From Octopus sinensis (Eukaryota), in NCBI RefSeq assembly GCF_006345805.1, contig NW_021829919.1, positions 1 through 37,922 of the forward strand: DNA of 37,922 nucleotides, written 5' to 3'. Shown here piece by piece: positions 11,330 through 23,532 of the stretch (the stretch's first letter is position 1; the number at the start of each line of letters is the position of its first letter). Under the pieces are notes generated by a model that saw nothing but the letters and a program-made list of their open reading frames with translations, was not told the origin of the DNA and did no database searches. The translations under genes were made by a program, and so were the position numbers.

Positions 11330-11780
11330 TAGGAAATTTTCTACAAATATCTCTCAGGTTGTAAAGATTAAGATTATATCGGCATTTAATGTGAAAAACA
11401 AAAAAATTGTTGGCCACGCACACATACAGACGATACACTAATATTTCTTGAAGTTTCAACTTTCATTTTGTAGATACATGTGATATGTCAGTATGTATGT
11501 GTGTGCGTCCAACAGTTATGTTATTCATATTAAATTCTGATACAATCGTAATTTTCACGTTCTGAAAGGTCTCTGTAGAAAATTTCATTAAAAATTTGCT
11601 ATTTTTCTGAAAGTCATGAGAAAACAGAACCGACTCATGGGAATTTTCCACAAGCCTCGGAAAATTTATTTTCACAACAAAATCTGATACAATCAGATTC
11701 TACCCTCATCTGAAGCATATTTGTTGAAAATTTCATTAAAAAATTTCTATTTTTCTGAAAGTTAAGAGGAAACAAACTCT
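11330..11780. mobile_element. MITE-like repeat family with inverted and tandem sub-repeats; related copy at 23885-24190
   Basis: gaaattttct(a/g)caaata...tcag...atcgg(c/a)atttaat and its reverse complement occur at both loci. Confidence 0.55.
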
Positions 11781-11917
11781 GGGTGAGGCACACTTACGTA
11801 GATATATCTAAATATTTAAAGAATTTACCTTTGTATACTTAATACCACATACATATAAATAATAGCAATTACACAAAATCTTTACGACCAAGGTTTTAAA
11901 ATGTGCAAATTGGTTTA

Positions 11918-12392
11918 CCGTAAATCCTCGAGTATAGTCCGCCCTTGAGTATAATATGCAGGGGACTTTTAGGGGGCTGTACCTCTGAAAAACCTAAACC
12001 TTGTGTATAATACGCACCCCTTCTCTAACTTGAGTCAAGGAGGTCTATATAACGTCCTTGGTTTGTAAAACTGTATACGGTAACGTTCTTTATTATTATT
12101 GTATATTATAACATAATGCAAACGTGTAGCATTTTTGCGCATTTTGTTTGCAGAAAATAAAGAAATAACAATAAAAACGTTTAATAAATGTTGCTATGGA
12201 TGATTTAAGGTATTTTCACGCCTGACATCACAAAATGCGTCTGAATAAACATTAACAGACAGCAAATAGAGACTCGGACATTGCTTAGAAGATAATTTTC
12301 ATTTTTAACCTCGTATATAGTACGCACTAGGGATTTTGACCTTTAAATTTTTGGGAGAAAAAAATATGCGGATTATACTCGAGGATTTACGG
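11918..12392. mobile_element. Tc1/mariner-superfamily (Tc2/pogo-like) MITE
   Basis: TIR ccgtaaatcctcgagtata(g/a)tccgc at both ends, flanked by TA. Confidence 0.88.
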
Positions 12393-12942
12393 TATTCAAA
12401 AAGCAGAAACTATTTCATTCCGAATTACACACCACTGCCATTTTACATATTTCTGGCATCTAAAAACAGCTCTTGGAAAACACGACTAATGCATCACAAT
12501 TCACCCACGTTTCTCCTTAACCAGAAATCCAAAACAGCACCAAATACCCCTAACCAAGCTCTTTCCCATCTCATTTTAATCGCATTAGCCCATCTGCAGA
12601 AACAAAAGACTCAGGTAAAAAATTTCAATAACGTTAAGAGTTACGTCCCTTGTCTACATTGCAGCAATATCGATATTTGTTCAATTTCCATCTCTAAAAT
12701 ATGGTAGCTTCCAATTTTTCTTCTGTTTTTTTTTTTTTAATGCATTATTCTTCCATCTATCTATATATTTCAGTCTTTTCTAGTTCTTAAATTACCTACA
12801 CATTTCTAACGAACTTTCATGTATTCAGAATTTTTGAATTTTTGAATTTTTTTTTCCCCCCCTTATTTACTCTTATGATTTGTGAGATAAAACGACAGGT
12901 CTTTCCTAAGTAATTTAGCTTTCAGCCAAAAACTTTATACAG

Positions 12943-12981
<39 letters not shown>

Positions 12982-13113
12982 TACGTACGTACACACATAC
13001 ATACATAGACGGACAGACAGACACTTAGAAATAGATAGACAGACAGACAGTTTGATAGATAAATAGATAGACAGACAGTTAGATAGATAAATAGACAGAC
13101 AGATTAGATAGAT

Positions 13114-13193
<80 letters not shown>

Positions 13194-13411
13194 CAAACAG
13201 ACAGATAGACAGACAGATAAAAAAAACAGATAGCTAGAAAGATAGAGAGAGAGAATGAGAGAGAGAGAAAGAGAGGGGGCAGAGAAAGGCAGACGGAGAC
13301 AGACTGACAGACAGATAAATTGATAGACAGATAGATTAACAGAAAGACAGATAGATAGATCGATAGACAGATAAATAGAGAGTTTAGATATAAACACAGA
13401 CAGAGATAGAC

Positions 13412-13470
<59 letters not shown>

Positions 13471-13515
13471 CAAACAGAAATGGATAGATAAATACATACA
13501 TACATAAACACATAT
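12943..13515. repeat. (CA)n followed by (GATA)n/(GACA)n microsatellite
   Basis: Visible in sequence. Confidence 0.95.
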
Positions 13516-13733
13516 AGCTCACCTTTCTATGATCACATTTATTATATGCTTACAGGCCTATATATAATATCATACTATTCAAAATTAAATATAATACATG
13601 GAGTCACTCAAAAATTGCATAAATATTATATAAATATATACATACATATGTACATATATTCATGTATGTATGTATGTATGTATGTATGTATGTATGTATG
13701 TGTGTGTATGAATATGTGTCTTTATATATTAGA

Positions 13734-13939
13734 CTTTTATTCTTTTCCCTTGTTTCAGTCTTTTGACTGCTGCCATGCTGGAGCACCACCTTCAGTCGAG
13801 CAAATCGACCCCAGGACTTATTCTTTGTAAGCCTAGTTCTTATTCTGTTGGTCTCTTTTGCCGAACTGCTAAGTTATGGTGACGTAAACACACCAGCATC
13901 GGTTGTCAAGCGATGTTGGGGGACAAACACACACAAAAT

Positions 13940-14004
<65 letters not shown>

Positions 14005-14220
14005 CAAACATATATATATATATATACACACACATACATATATACATATGTATATATATGACGGGCTTCTTTCAGTTTCCGTCTACCAAATCCACTCACA
14101 AGGCTATGGTCGACCCAAGGCTATAGTAGAAGACACTTGCCCAAGGTGCTACACAGTGGGACTGAACCTGGAACCATGTGGTTGCTAAACAAGCTACTTA
14201 CTACACAGCCACTCTTGCGG
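13734..14220 (-). mobile_element. SINE, family A (full length)
   Basis: Reverse complement of 6411-6816 with an expanded internal microsatellite. Confidence 0.9.
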
Positions 14221-15401
14221 CCTATGGCCACTCCTGCATCATACACACACACACACTGACACACATGGATATTACATGTGTGTGTATATGACTAAATGAA
14301 TGTTGAGATTCCAATGTTTTACTAGTTGTCATCTTAGGGAGACAGTGATATAAGGCATTCTCAGTTGCTGTAAATCCTGAAAACCAATGAAATAAAATAA
14401 GTCTCTAGCAGGCATGGTTAAAAGTGCTGAAGGGTAGCTAAGAGAGTACTAAAGAAGTTCCTTGTATAACCATGTGGCTTCAGGTTCAGTCCCAAAGAAC
14501 AGCACCTTGAGCAAGTATCTTCTGCACACAGACACACACTCGCTTTTTCTTGTCCACCATATTCACTCACAAAGCATTGGTTGATCCTGAGTTAGAGCAA
14601 ATCTCAAAAACCCAAAGTACTAAACAGCAGTACAAACCCTAAAACGTGATTAAGAAGTGAACATAGATATGTATAAACACACTATATATATATTATATAT
14701 ATATATATATATATACAAACATATATATATATATATATACACACACATACATATATACATATGTATATATATGACGGGCTTCTTTCAGTTTCCGTCTACC
14801 AAATCCACTCACAAGGCTATGGTCGACCCGAGGCTATAGTAGAAGACACTTGCCCAAGGTGCTACACAGTGGGACTGAACCTGGAACCATGTGGTTGCTA
14901 AACAAGCTACTTACTACACAGCCACTCTTGCGGCCTATGGCCACTCCTGCATCATACACACACACACACTGACACACATGGATATTACATGTGTGTGTAT
15001 ATGACTAAATGAATGTTGAGATTCCAATGTTTTACTAGTTGTCATCTTAGGGAGACAGTGATATAAGGCATTCTCAGTTGCTGTAAATCCTGAAAACCAA
15101 TGAAATAAAATAAGTCTCTAGCAGGCATGGTTAAAAGTGCTGAAGGGTAGCTAAGAGAGTACTAAAGAAGTTCCTTGTATAACCATGTGGCTTCAGGTTC
15201 AGTCCAAAGAACAGCACCTTGAGCAAGTATCTTCTGCACACAGACACACACACACACACACTCACTTTTTCTTGTCTACCATATTCACTTACAAAGCATT
15301 GGTTGATCCTGAGTTAGAGCAAATCTCAAAAACCCAAAGTACTAAACAGCAGTACAAACCCTAAAACGTGATTAAGAAGTGAACATAGATATGTATAAAC
15401 A

Positions 15402-15410
<9 letters not shown>
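13970..15410. repeat. Near-identical ~715-bp tandem duplication
   Basis: ~13970-14685 is repeated at ~14686-15410 (acgggcttctttcag at 14061 and 14774); few substitutions and a CA-length difference. Confidence 0.95.
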
Positions 15411-15449
<39 letters not shown>

Positions 15450-15602
15450 TTTTTTATAGAGGCTGGAAAAAAAACTTAACAAAAAATACTGCCACTCAGT
15501 TTTTGTGATGCTTTTGCAGCTTTTATAAAAAAGCATATTATTCTACTTTTGATATTTGAGTCATATTTTTTCCCACCTTGCTTTGTATTTATGTACTTAC
15601 TC

Positions 15603-15647
<45 letters not shown>

Positions 15648-16191
15648 GGAGATATCTTATGGTAGCCGAATAGTATTTAACTGCTATTTCTAAATTTCGG
15701 TATATGGTGAAGTAATTTTGCTAAACCCTAATTATAATTATGTTTATAATTATAAAATTTATATATGTGTGTGTGTGTGTATACACCACACACACGTACA
15801 CATCAAAAATTAATACCCCATCCCTGTATTTAATAACCCTGTATTTAATAATTAATTAATTTCACTTAAAATTCCTTGCCTTACTTCACCAAGTATAATA
15901 TCCCTCACTTCACTATTAAAATTTTAAGGCAGCTGGTATCTGTACATATTTTTCTCACTCGTGTTTCTTTTTTTTCCTTAAATTTATAATGCTACTGAAA
16001 ATAGTAAAATATTTGCCAAATTATACATTAAATTCCATGTATTAAATTAGCATTTTCATAATGAATTGGGAAACATCTAATTTTTTTATATTGATTAATT
16101 AATACATATAGTTTTAATATAGTTTTAGTAACAGTAAATATTGCCTAACTTGGTAACTCATAGGGAAACGATATTATTATAAAGGCATACA

Positions 16192-16690
16192 AGGCAGCAA
16201 GCTGGCAGAAACGTTAGCACGCCGGGCGAAATGCTTAGCAGTATTTCGTCTGTCACTACGTTCTGAGTTCAAATTCTGCTGAGGTCGACTTTAACTTTCA
16301 TCCTTTCAGGTTGATTAAATAAGTACCAGTTACGCACCAGGGTCGATATAATCGACTTAATTCGTTTGTCTGTCCTTGTTTGTCCTCTCTGTGTTTAGCC
16401 CCTTGTGGGTAGTAAAGAAATAGGTATTTCGTCTGTGTTAGGTTCTGAGTTCAAATTCTGCCGAGGTCGACTTTGCCTTTCATCCTTTTGGGGTCGATTA
16501 AATAAGTAGCAGTTACGCACTGGGGTCGATATAATCGTCTTAATCCATTTGCCTGTCCTCTCTGTGTTTAGCCCCTTGTGGGTAGTAAAGAAAGAGGCAG
16601 CAAGCCGGCAGAATCGTTAGCACACTGGGCGAAATGCCTAGCTATACTTAGCCTGTTGCCACGTTCTGTGTTCAAATTCCGCTGAGGTCA
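16192..16690 (+). mobile_element. Head-to-tail cluster of three family B SINE units (16192-16422 full, 16423-16592 5' truncated, 16596-16690 3' truncated)
   Basis: Repeated ttctg(a/t)gttcaaattc...gaggtc and gccccttgtgggtagtaaagaaa blocks. Confidence 0.88.
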
Positions 16691-17329
16691 TTCAAAACTG
16701 AATGCTTTATTGATATCTGTCTGGATTTTTAAATCTCTTTTTCCTTCTTATATATATGTGTGTATGTGTGTGTGTGTGATCACCATGACCATAAAGCTAC
16801 CACACTAGCATGATCACAATGCCACCATAACAGACATAGCAGTCAAATTACTTTCAAATCACAATCCAGCATCTTGAAGAAGGATACCTTGGACAATGTA
16901 TTACTTGAAACACAAAAGCAGATGTGATTTACTAGTTGGAAAGCCTCTGATCTGATCTTTGCTTGATCAGGGCTGACACAGGGCAAAAATACACACACAC
17001 ACATACAAAAAAAAAATAGTACAAAGCTATCACAACCACGAATGCCACAGACGCCATCATCAGCATCACCTCTATAAAATTCTGAGTGCTAACATAGAGT
17101 ATTCTTTATGTGGTCACTGAACCTGCTAGAAATAGCAACCAAATCCCTTTTAAACCACGCCCTTCTGCATTAAAAAAGGAAGGACACATTGGACAATGTG
17201 ACCATAGATAAGATATACTGACGGGGTGGTCATATAGGGAATGGCTTTGAACATAGATCTACTTAATCAAGGCTAAGCTACTGATAAACACCAATTGGCT
17301 AAGATTACCTAACTTTAAATGCTTGTAAC

Positions 17330-17722
17330 TTTTTACTTTTCTTGGTTTCAGTCATTTGACTGTGGCCATGCTGGAGCACCGCCTTTAGTCGAACAAATCG
17401 ACACCAGAACTTATTCTTTGTAAGCCTAGTACTTATTCTATCGGTCTCTTTTGCCGAACCGCTGAGTTACGGGGATGTAAACACACCAGCATCAGTTGTC
17501 AAGTGATGGTGGGGGGACAAACACAGACACAAACATCTACACACACATATATACATATATGTATACATACAATGGGCTTCTTTCAGTTTCCGCCTACCAA
17601 ATCCACTCACAAGGCTTTGGTCAGCGAGAGGCTTTAGTGGAAGACACTCGCCCAAGGTGCCACGCAGTGGGACTGAACCCGAAACCATGTGGTTGGTAAG
17701 CAAGCTACTTACCACACAGCCA
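17330..17722 (-). mobile_element. SINE, family A
   Basis: Reverse complement of the family A consensus. Confidence 0.9.
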
Positions 17723-17845
17723 TCAATATGTAGAGAAAAAAATCCATTGCGATTTTTGCCAAGAACATGCAAAACTACATCAGAGCAATATGTTTTGTAA
17801 ATAATCTGGTTAAAATTTAAAAAATTTAAAAACTTAAAAGGCGCA

Positions 17846-17973
17846 TATGGTTCCGGGTTCAGTCCCACTGTGTGACATCTTGGGCAAGTGTCTTCTGCTA
17901 GAGCCCCGGGCCGACCAATGCCTTGTGAGTGGATTTGGTAGACGGAAACTGAAAGAAGCCTGTCGTATATATG

Positions 17974-18006
<33 letters not shown>

Positions 18007-18196
18007 ATATGTCTGTGTGTCTGTGTTTCTCCCCCTAGCATTTCTTGACAACCGATGCTGGTCTGTTAACGTCCCCGTCAGCTAGCGGTTTGACAAAAGA
18101 GATCGACAGAATAAGTACTGGGCTTACAAAGAATAAGTCCCGGGGTCGATTTGCTCGACTAAAGGCGGTGCTCCAGCATGGCCGCAGTCAAATGAC
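17846..18196 (+). mobile_element. SINE, family A (5' truncated)
   Basis: atggttccgggttcagtcccac...ggccgcagtcaaatgac. Confidence 0.9.
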
Positions 18197-18405
18197 AAAA
18201 ACGGTTTGAAGAAATTCGACAAGACCTAAAACAGTAGTTAAAATCTCGGCCATATGCCAAGCTTATCATCTTCGAAATAGAAAGAATTCGGCTGAATTCT
18301 GGTTTTAAGCACTCCATATAACCCTTCATAACCTTGTAATTTTTTCTTTTTTTTGTTAATTTTAGAAAAGTTTTCCGAATTTGTGCTCTGCACACGGGTA
18401 TTCAT

Positions 18406-18713
18406 GGTACTACTTAAGAAGAGTGGTCCCGGTGCGCGCACTCGCGTACTCGCGCATCCGTGCTAGCTAGTCGTGACTAGTCGATCCTACAACAACTACC
18501 TAGCAAAGTAAATAAAACACAAAATGAATAATTTTTTTTACACAAAGTAAATAATTTTGTTTAAAACAAAGTAAATAAAACAAACACAAAGTAAATAACT
18601 TTTTAAACAAAGTAAATAAAACACAAAAACACAAAGTACGGATCGACTAGTCACGACTAGCTAGCGCGGATGCGCGAGTACGCGCATCGGGACCACTCTT
18701 CTTAAGTAGTACC
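18406..18713. mobile_element. GG-terminal MITE with 9-bp TSD (Merlin- or MULE-like)
   Basis: TIR ggtactacttaagaagagtggtccc (~80 bp, CpG-rich); TSD ggtattcat at 18397-18405 and 18714-18722; internal acaaagtaaataa minirepeats. Confidence 0.92.
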
Positions 18714-19066
18714 GGTATTCATACGATTATGCAAAAAAAAAAAAAAAAAAATTTAAGGGCTGTTATTTTTTAACACATCTCACGACCTCGTTTCTTTGTT
18801 ACTGACATGTATTGATGTTTTGCAATATTTTTCTCTCCATAAAAACATTTAATGGTCCACTGCCTGTGTTTAAGCAAACAGTTCGTACTGTCCATATTTT
18901 AAAGAGTGGAAATGTTAGGATTTAGGGGTGAGAGGGTTCTAAAAAAATTATAAAATACTTTTTTTCATAATCATAGGAATTATCGTGTGTAGAAAACAAA
19001 TTCACAAAAATTTTCTGAAAATTCCCCAAAATAAAAAAAAGTTATGAAGATTTATATGATATACTT

Positions 19067-19218
19067 GGAGGCGTAATGGCCCAGTGGTTAGGGCAGTGGA
19101 CTCACGGTCGGAGGATCGTTGTGTGTGTTTATTGAGCGAAAACACCTAAAGCTCCACGAGGCTCCGGCAGGAGGTGTTGGCAACCCCTGTTGTACTCTTT
19201 TGCTCCAACTTTCTCTCA
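19067..19218 (+). mobile_element. SINE, family C variant (3' truncated duplicate)
   Basis: ggaggcgtaatggcccagtggttagggcag head; paralogous to 19752-19885. Confidence 0.8.
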
Positions 19219-19222
19219 ATTT

Positions 19223-19641
19223 GGATCTTTTCGGTTTGAACGGCAGTTTTTTTCTAGTGGTGTCATGTGAAATTGTTACCCATAATTATGACCATAGTAT
19301 CGATCTATTGCATTTCAATCTATTTTAGGGTTAGAGTTAGGAGTGGGGGAAGGGTATCTTTTTTTCTTCACAAATGTAAATAAACCCAATCTGTTTCTTA
19401 AACGACGGACATTTTCATACGGCACAGAATGTTTTCACCTCAACAGACGGTCAATGATTGGTTGAAATGGCAGAAATTGAAGAAAAAAAAACAACAAATA
19501 TCTTACAAACAATAGAATTTTCTCAATAAAGCCAAGAGAAAAAGTTGTTTTATAAACACATTCTACCAGTATACGAAGTTTAAAAGTGTTTAGTTACATG
19601 GAAATTATTTTTAAAAACTGCCGTTCAAACCGGAAAGATCC
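19223..19641. mobile_element. GG-terminal MITE (ggatc family)
   Basis: TIR ggatcttttcggtttgaacggcagttttt / aaaaactgccgttcaaaccggaaagatcc. Confidence 0.88.
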
Positions 19642-19751
19642 CTTTTCCATAATCATAGGAATTATCCGTGTGCAGAAAACAAATTCGCAAAAATTTTCTG
19701 AAAATTCAAAAAAATTTTTTAAAAAGTTATGAAGACTTATATGATGTACTT

Positions 19752-20016
19752 GGAGGCGCAATGGTCCAGTGGTTAGGGCAGCGGACTCGCGGTCGGAGGA
19801 TGGTTGTGTGTGTTTATTGAGCGAAAACACCTAAAGCTCCGCGAGGCTTCGGCAGGAGGGGAGGGCGACCCCTGTTGTACTCTTTCTTCCTGTTTCTTGA
19901 GTAACGCTGCGATGGACTGGCGTCCTGTCCAGCTGGGGGGAACACATACGCCACAGAAATCGGGAAACCGGGCCCATGAACCTGGCTAGGCTTGAAAAGG
20001 GCGCATGAATACATAA
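19752..20016 (+). mobile_element. tRNA-derived SINE, family C variant
   Basis: 13-bp TSD atatgatgtactt at 19739-19751 and 20017-20029. Confidence 0.9.
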
Positions 20017-20588
20017 ATATGATGTACTTAAACCAGAGTTCCTCCTGGAAGTCTATATTGGATGCAGAAAGCTGGAGATATGGAAATCATGGAACAATGC
20101 TGGGTGGAATGTAACTGGAATTCGAAGAGCAAGCTTTGATACACACACTGTACCAGGATAATTCTTTCTGCCTTAGAATTACGTAAAGTTTACCTGTGTT
20201 GGTGGAAATCTCGGGAGACGTCTTACTTATGAAGCACCAACAAGTTAGAATTTCTCCGTTTTGACGGGGATTTTTCAGATTTTTTTCCCCGGTGCCCTTG
20301 GAAATGCTCTGGGCTGTTTTAATTTATTAAAAAAAAAAGTTGCGAAAAATGATGGGGTTTTCCTTCACTCCCACATCGCGCGATTCTGGTCGATTTTTTG
20401 AGGCACTACACACTTACAAACAATAGGAGAAGCCGTTTCGGTTAAAAAAAAAAAAGGAAATATTTTCAGACGAAAAGATGTGATTAAAAGGCGATTTGGT
20501 CGTTGTTTCTAGCATATCTCATGACCACCATCCTCGTTTCTTTCTCACTCAGATAAGTATTGATGTTTTTTTAATATGTTCTCTCCAC

Positions 20589-20690
20589 GGATCTTTACCT
20601 TTTGACCTACAGATTTAAAAAGTAATTTTTTGTAACTTAAACACTTTCAAACTTCGCACACTGGTAGAATGTGTCAAAAGGTAAAGATCC
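20589..20690. mobile_element. 102-bp GG-terminal MITE (ggatc family)
   Basis: TIR ggatctttaccttttgac / gtcaaaaggtaaagatcc; 8-bp TSD ctctccac/ctctccat. Confidence 0.88.
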
Positions 20691-20911
20691 CTCTCCATTA
20701 ATAGCAGAAGCTCATTTATGCTATTAAAAAAAATGCTTTGGGAAAATTTATGATTTTTATGAATTTTTAAACCTTACCCATTAAAAGAAAACGAACTCTG
20801 TATATGATTCAAAGAGGTAAGCGGAGTTTCTTTTTTTTTTTTTTCGTGTTCACTACCTTTTGGAGAAGGGAAAGGTCAGGGAATTTAAATGTCTTTCCTT
20901 TTAAATGCCAC

Positions 20912-21125
20912 TTGTTTCAGCCGTTCAACTGTGGCCATGCTACAGCACCGCCTTGAAGAGTTCAGTCGAACAAAAAAGACTCCAGTACTCTAGGTACATA
21001 GACCAACAAAATAAGTACCAAATAAAAAAATATATATATATACAAGGGTCAATTTGTTCGACCAAACCCTTCACGACGGTGCCCCAGCATGGCCGCAGTC
21101 AAATGACTACTGAAACAAGTAAAAA
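20912..21125. mobile_element. Two inverted 3' ends of family A SINEs
   Basis: ttgtttcag...tgtggccatgc...caccgcc (minus) and cggtgccccagcatggccgcagtc...tgaaacaagtaaaa (plus). Confidence 0.7.
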
Positions 21126-21170
21126 ATCATATATATATATATATACATACATACATATAAAGTAATGTTT

Positions 21171-21258
21171 GTCGCCACTTCAACGTGGCTGTTCCGTAAA
21201 AACGGACGTTACTGCGGTGAAGTCCGTTCGTACGAAATAATCACGTCGAAGTGGCGAC
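21171..21258. repeat. 88-nt GC-rich imperfect palindrome or hairpin
   Basis: gtcgccacttc..acgtg...aacggac pairs with gtccgtt...cacgt..gaagtggcgac. Confidence 0.8.
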
Positions 21259-21300
21259 TTCATTTCTTACAGAGTTTATATATATATATATATATATACC

Positions 21301-21531
21301 GTTGTGTCTGGGGAGAGTCATTTTCTTTTTGTGCCTTATAATTTAAAACACTCACCGGTAAAATTTCCACTTATTTCTATTTTCTTAAAAGAGAGTCAAG
21401 ACTGTTCAAAAGGTTGCAAGACGCAACGAAAATTTTGGGAAAATAAAAAATAAGAAATAAGTGGAAATTTTACCGGTAAATGTGTTAAATTATAAGGCAC
21501 GAAAAGAAAATGACTCTTCACCAGACACAAC
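21301..21531. repeat. Fold-back inverted repeat with a degenerate hammerhead-like stem II + GAAA in the spacer
   Basis: gttgtgtctgg...ccggtaaaatttccacttatttc pairs with gaaataagtggaaattttaccgg...ccagacacaac; guugc-aagac-gcaac GAAA auuu at 21413-21435. Confidence 0.7.
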
Positions 21532-21610
21532 AGAATATGCTTCAACACACGAACTCATATAAAGATTCTTGCAAACTAAATCCAAAAACGAAATGTGTGT
21601 GTGTGTGTGT

Positions 21611-21695
21611 ATGACAAGAAGAAATTGAAGGGAATCCAGAGGTAGTATCCATCAGCCGAATACTTACCTCTGGATTCCCTCCATTTTCTTGGCAT
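21611..21695. repeat. Fold-back inverted repeat
   Basis: agggaatccagaggta pairs with tacctctggattccct; outer atgacaagaa pairs with ttcttggcat. Confidence 0.75.
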
Positions 21696-21959
21696 ATAAA
21701 TTAAGGGTAAAACCACTTATTACTCTCGCCTAATTATCATACTCAGTAGGGTAATTGCCACGCAATAACTAACACTTGTGTATTAATTAGGTATTCTATA
21801 ACAGCTGTATATTGGATAGATACTATCCCTTAGTTGGTTGGATTCACAACCTCTAACTCTCTTTGAATTATAAATATGTATATATGTATAGGATATTTAA
21901 AGTGGTGTGCAGATATTGTATATTTAGACAAAGGAGACAGTCAGAATTTTGGATAATTC

Positions 21960-22003
21960 TTTATTAGCCCTTTCGTTCGTTAAATCGAACTCTTCAAGAA
22001 AAA
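21960..22003 (-). ncRNA. Degenerate hammerhead ribozyme motif
   Basis: UUGAAGA guucg-auuuaa-cgaac GAAA gggc UA; stem II perfect, stem I imperfect. Confidence 0.5.
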
Positions 22004-22254
22004 CCGAACCCAAAAATAGATATATGTACATGCACGTGTGCACATACACAGAGTTTATGTCTCCCAAATCCAATCACAAGGCTTTGATTTGCTCTGGGTT
22101 ATTGTAGAAGACATTTGTCAGCGACACCGAACCTAGTACCATGTTAGTTGGGAAGCAAACTTTTAATACGCAGCCAAAGTACAAAGGAGCCTCCTTTGTA
22201 CTTTTTAATCCTTTTGTGTTTCATAGAAAAGAAATAATGATTCTGAGAGAATTT

Positions 22255-22802
22255 GGCAATCTTTCGTCTCTAGTAGACCTTTCCGTCGATTTCCGTAAAA
22301 AAATTTTTTTTTTTTACATATGGGCTTGCGGGAACTTTTGAAGTAATGAGAGCGAAAGAGACTAAGAGAAAGCGATTGTATGACGAGGGAAGTTCTTTTG
22401 AAGTTACCGTGCATGGGAAGCATTGATGTACATGTGTGTGTGTGTGTGTGTGTTTGATGGGGTGTGGGAGACAGACAGTATGTTGTGTAAGTGAAGTGCT
22501 TCTGTTAGTGTGTGTGAAGAGACAGAGTAATGTGTGAAAGAAAGAGATAACTGAAATTTTTTACTCGGTGTATGTGTATATGTATGTATATTACTTCATT
22601 TTGTCAAAAAAACTAGTTGAAATTATTGTTTTCTTTTGACACATTCTACCAGTATACGAAGTTTCAAATTATTTAGTTAACTAGAAAAATCTTTAAAATC
22701 TGGCTTTCAAAAAGAAAAGATCCCTTCCCGCAAGCCCATACGTAAAAAAAAAAATTTTTTACGGAAATCGACGGAAAGGTCTACTAGAGACGAAAGATCG
22801 CC
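22255..22802. mobile_element. GG-terminal MITE with 8-bp TSD (Merlin-like), containing the right end of a ggatc-family MITE
   Basis: ~80-bp TIR ggc(a/g)atctttcgtctctagtagacc; perfect TSD gagaattt at 22247-22254 and 22803-22810. Confidence 0.92.
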
Positions 22803-23141
22803 GAGAATTTTGTTATTATTACACTAGAATTTCAATTATTAAAACATTTTACCCTCCAATTCCATGTCCTCTTCTTTCTCCGTAAGATATTCTAGAATAG
22901 GCAGATTGGTAGAGTTATACCCCGACATTGTTATAGAGACCAGATTTTGTGTGCGTTACGACAGTTTTGCCCAGCGTGGTTGAGCTGGAGTAACTGACGA
23001 AGCACATAACTTATGGAGGATTCGGATAATCATAAACTGTATTCATCAACAGTAAAATGGAACTGCGAGCTCTGGGAGGGCTCGTAAACCATTGCATTTT
23101 TTTTCATTCGATTTTATTGTCACATACATTTTCATTATATA

Positions 23142-23532
23142 CTAGCAGTATCGCCCGGCGTTGCTCAGGTTTGTAAGGGAAATAACTATATAAGCATCTT
23201 TAGAGAGTTATAGCCAAAAAATAGTAAAAAAAATGCATTAAAAATGGAAAAAAATTATGGTAAATTTTTTTTAAATCGTTGACTCATCGTAGACATTTTT
23301 AGAGAGTCACCTCCCTTATATAATAGCGAAAAAAATGCATTAAAATGGGAAAAAATGATGGTAATTTTTTTAATCGTAGACTCATCGTAGACGCGCGCTA
23401 ATACCCAGAAGGGCTCGATATGAATCACGACTATAAGATACCCGGTTTTGGTTAAACTGCACCGCAAAATGTGGGAGTAGTTAGGAATCTAAATCGTAGG
23501 AGACAGACACACAACTCTTTTATATATAAAGA
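23142..23532 (-). mobile_element. Non-autonomous Helitron
   Basis: Minus strand starts A|TCtttatatataaa and ends with hairpin cctgagcaacgccggg followed by CTAG|T; no TSD. Confidence 0.85.
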
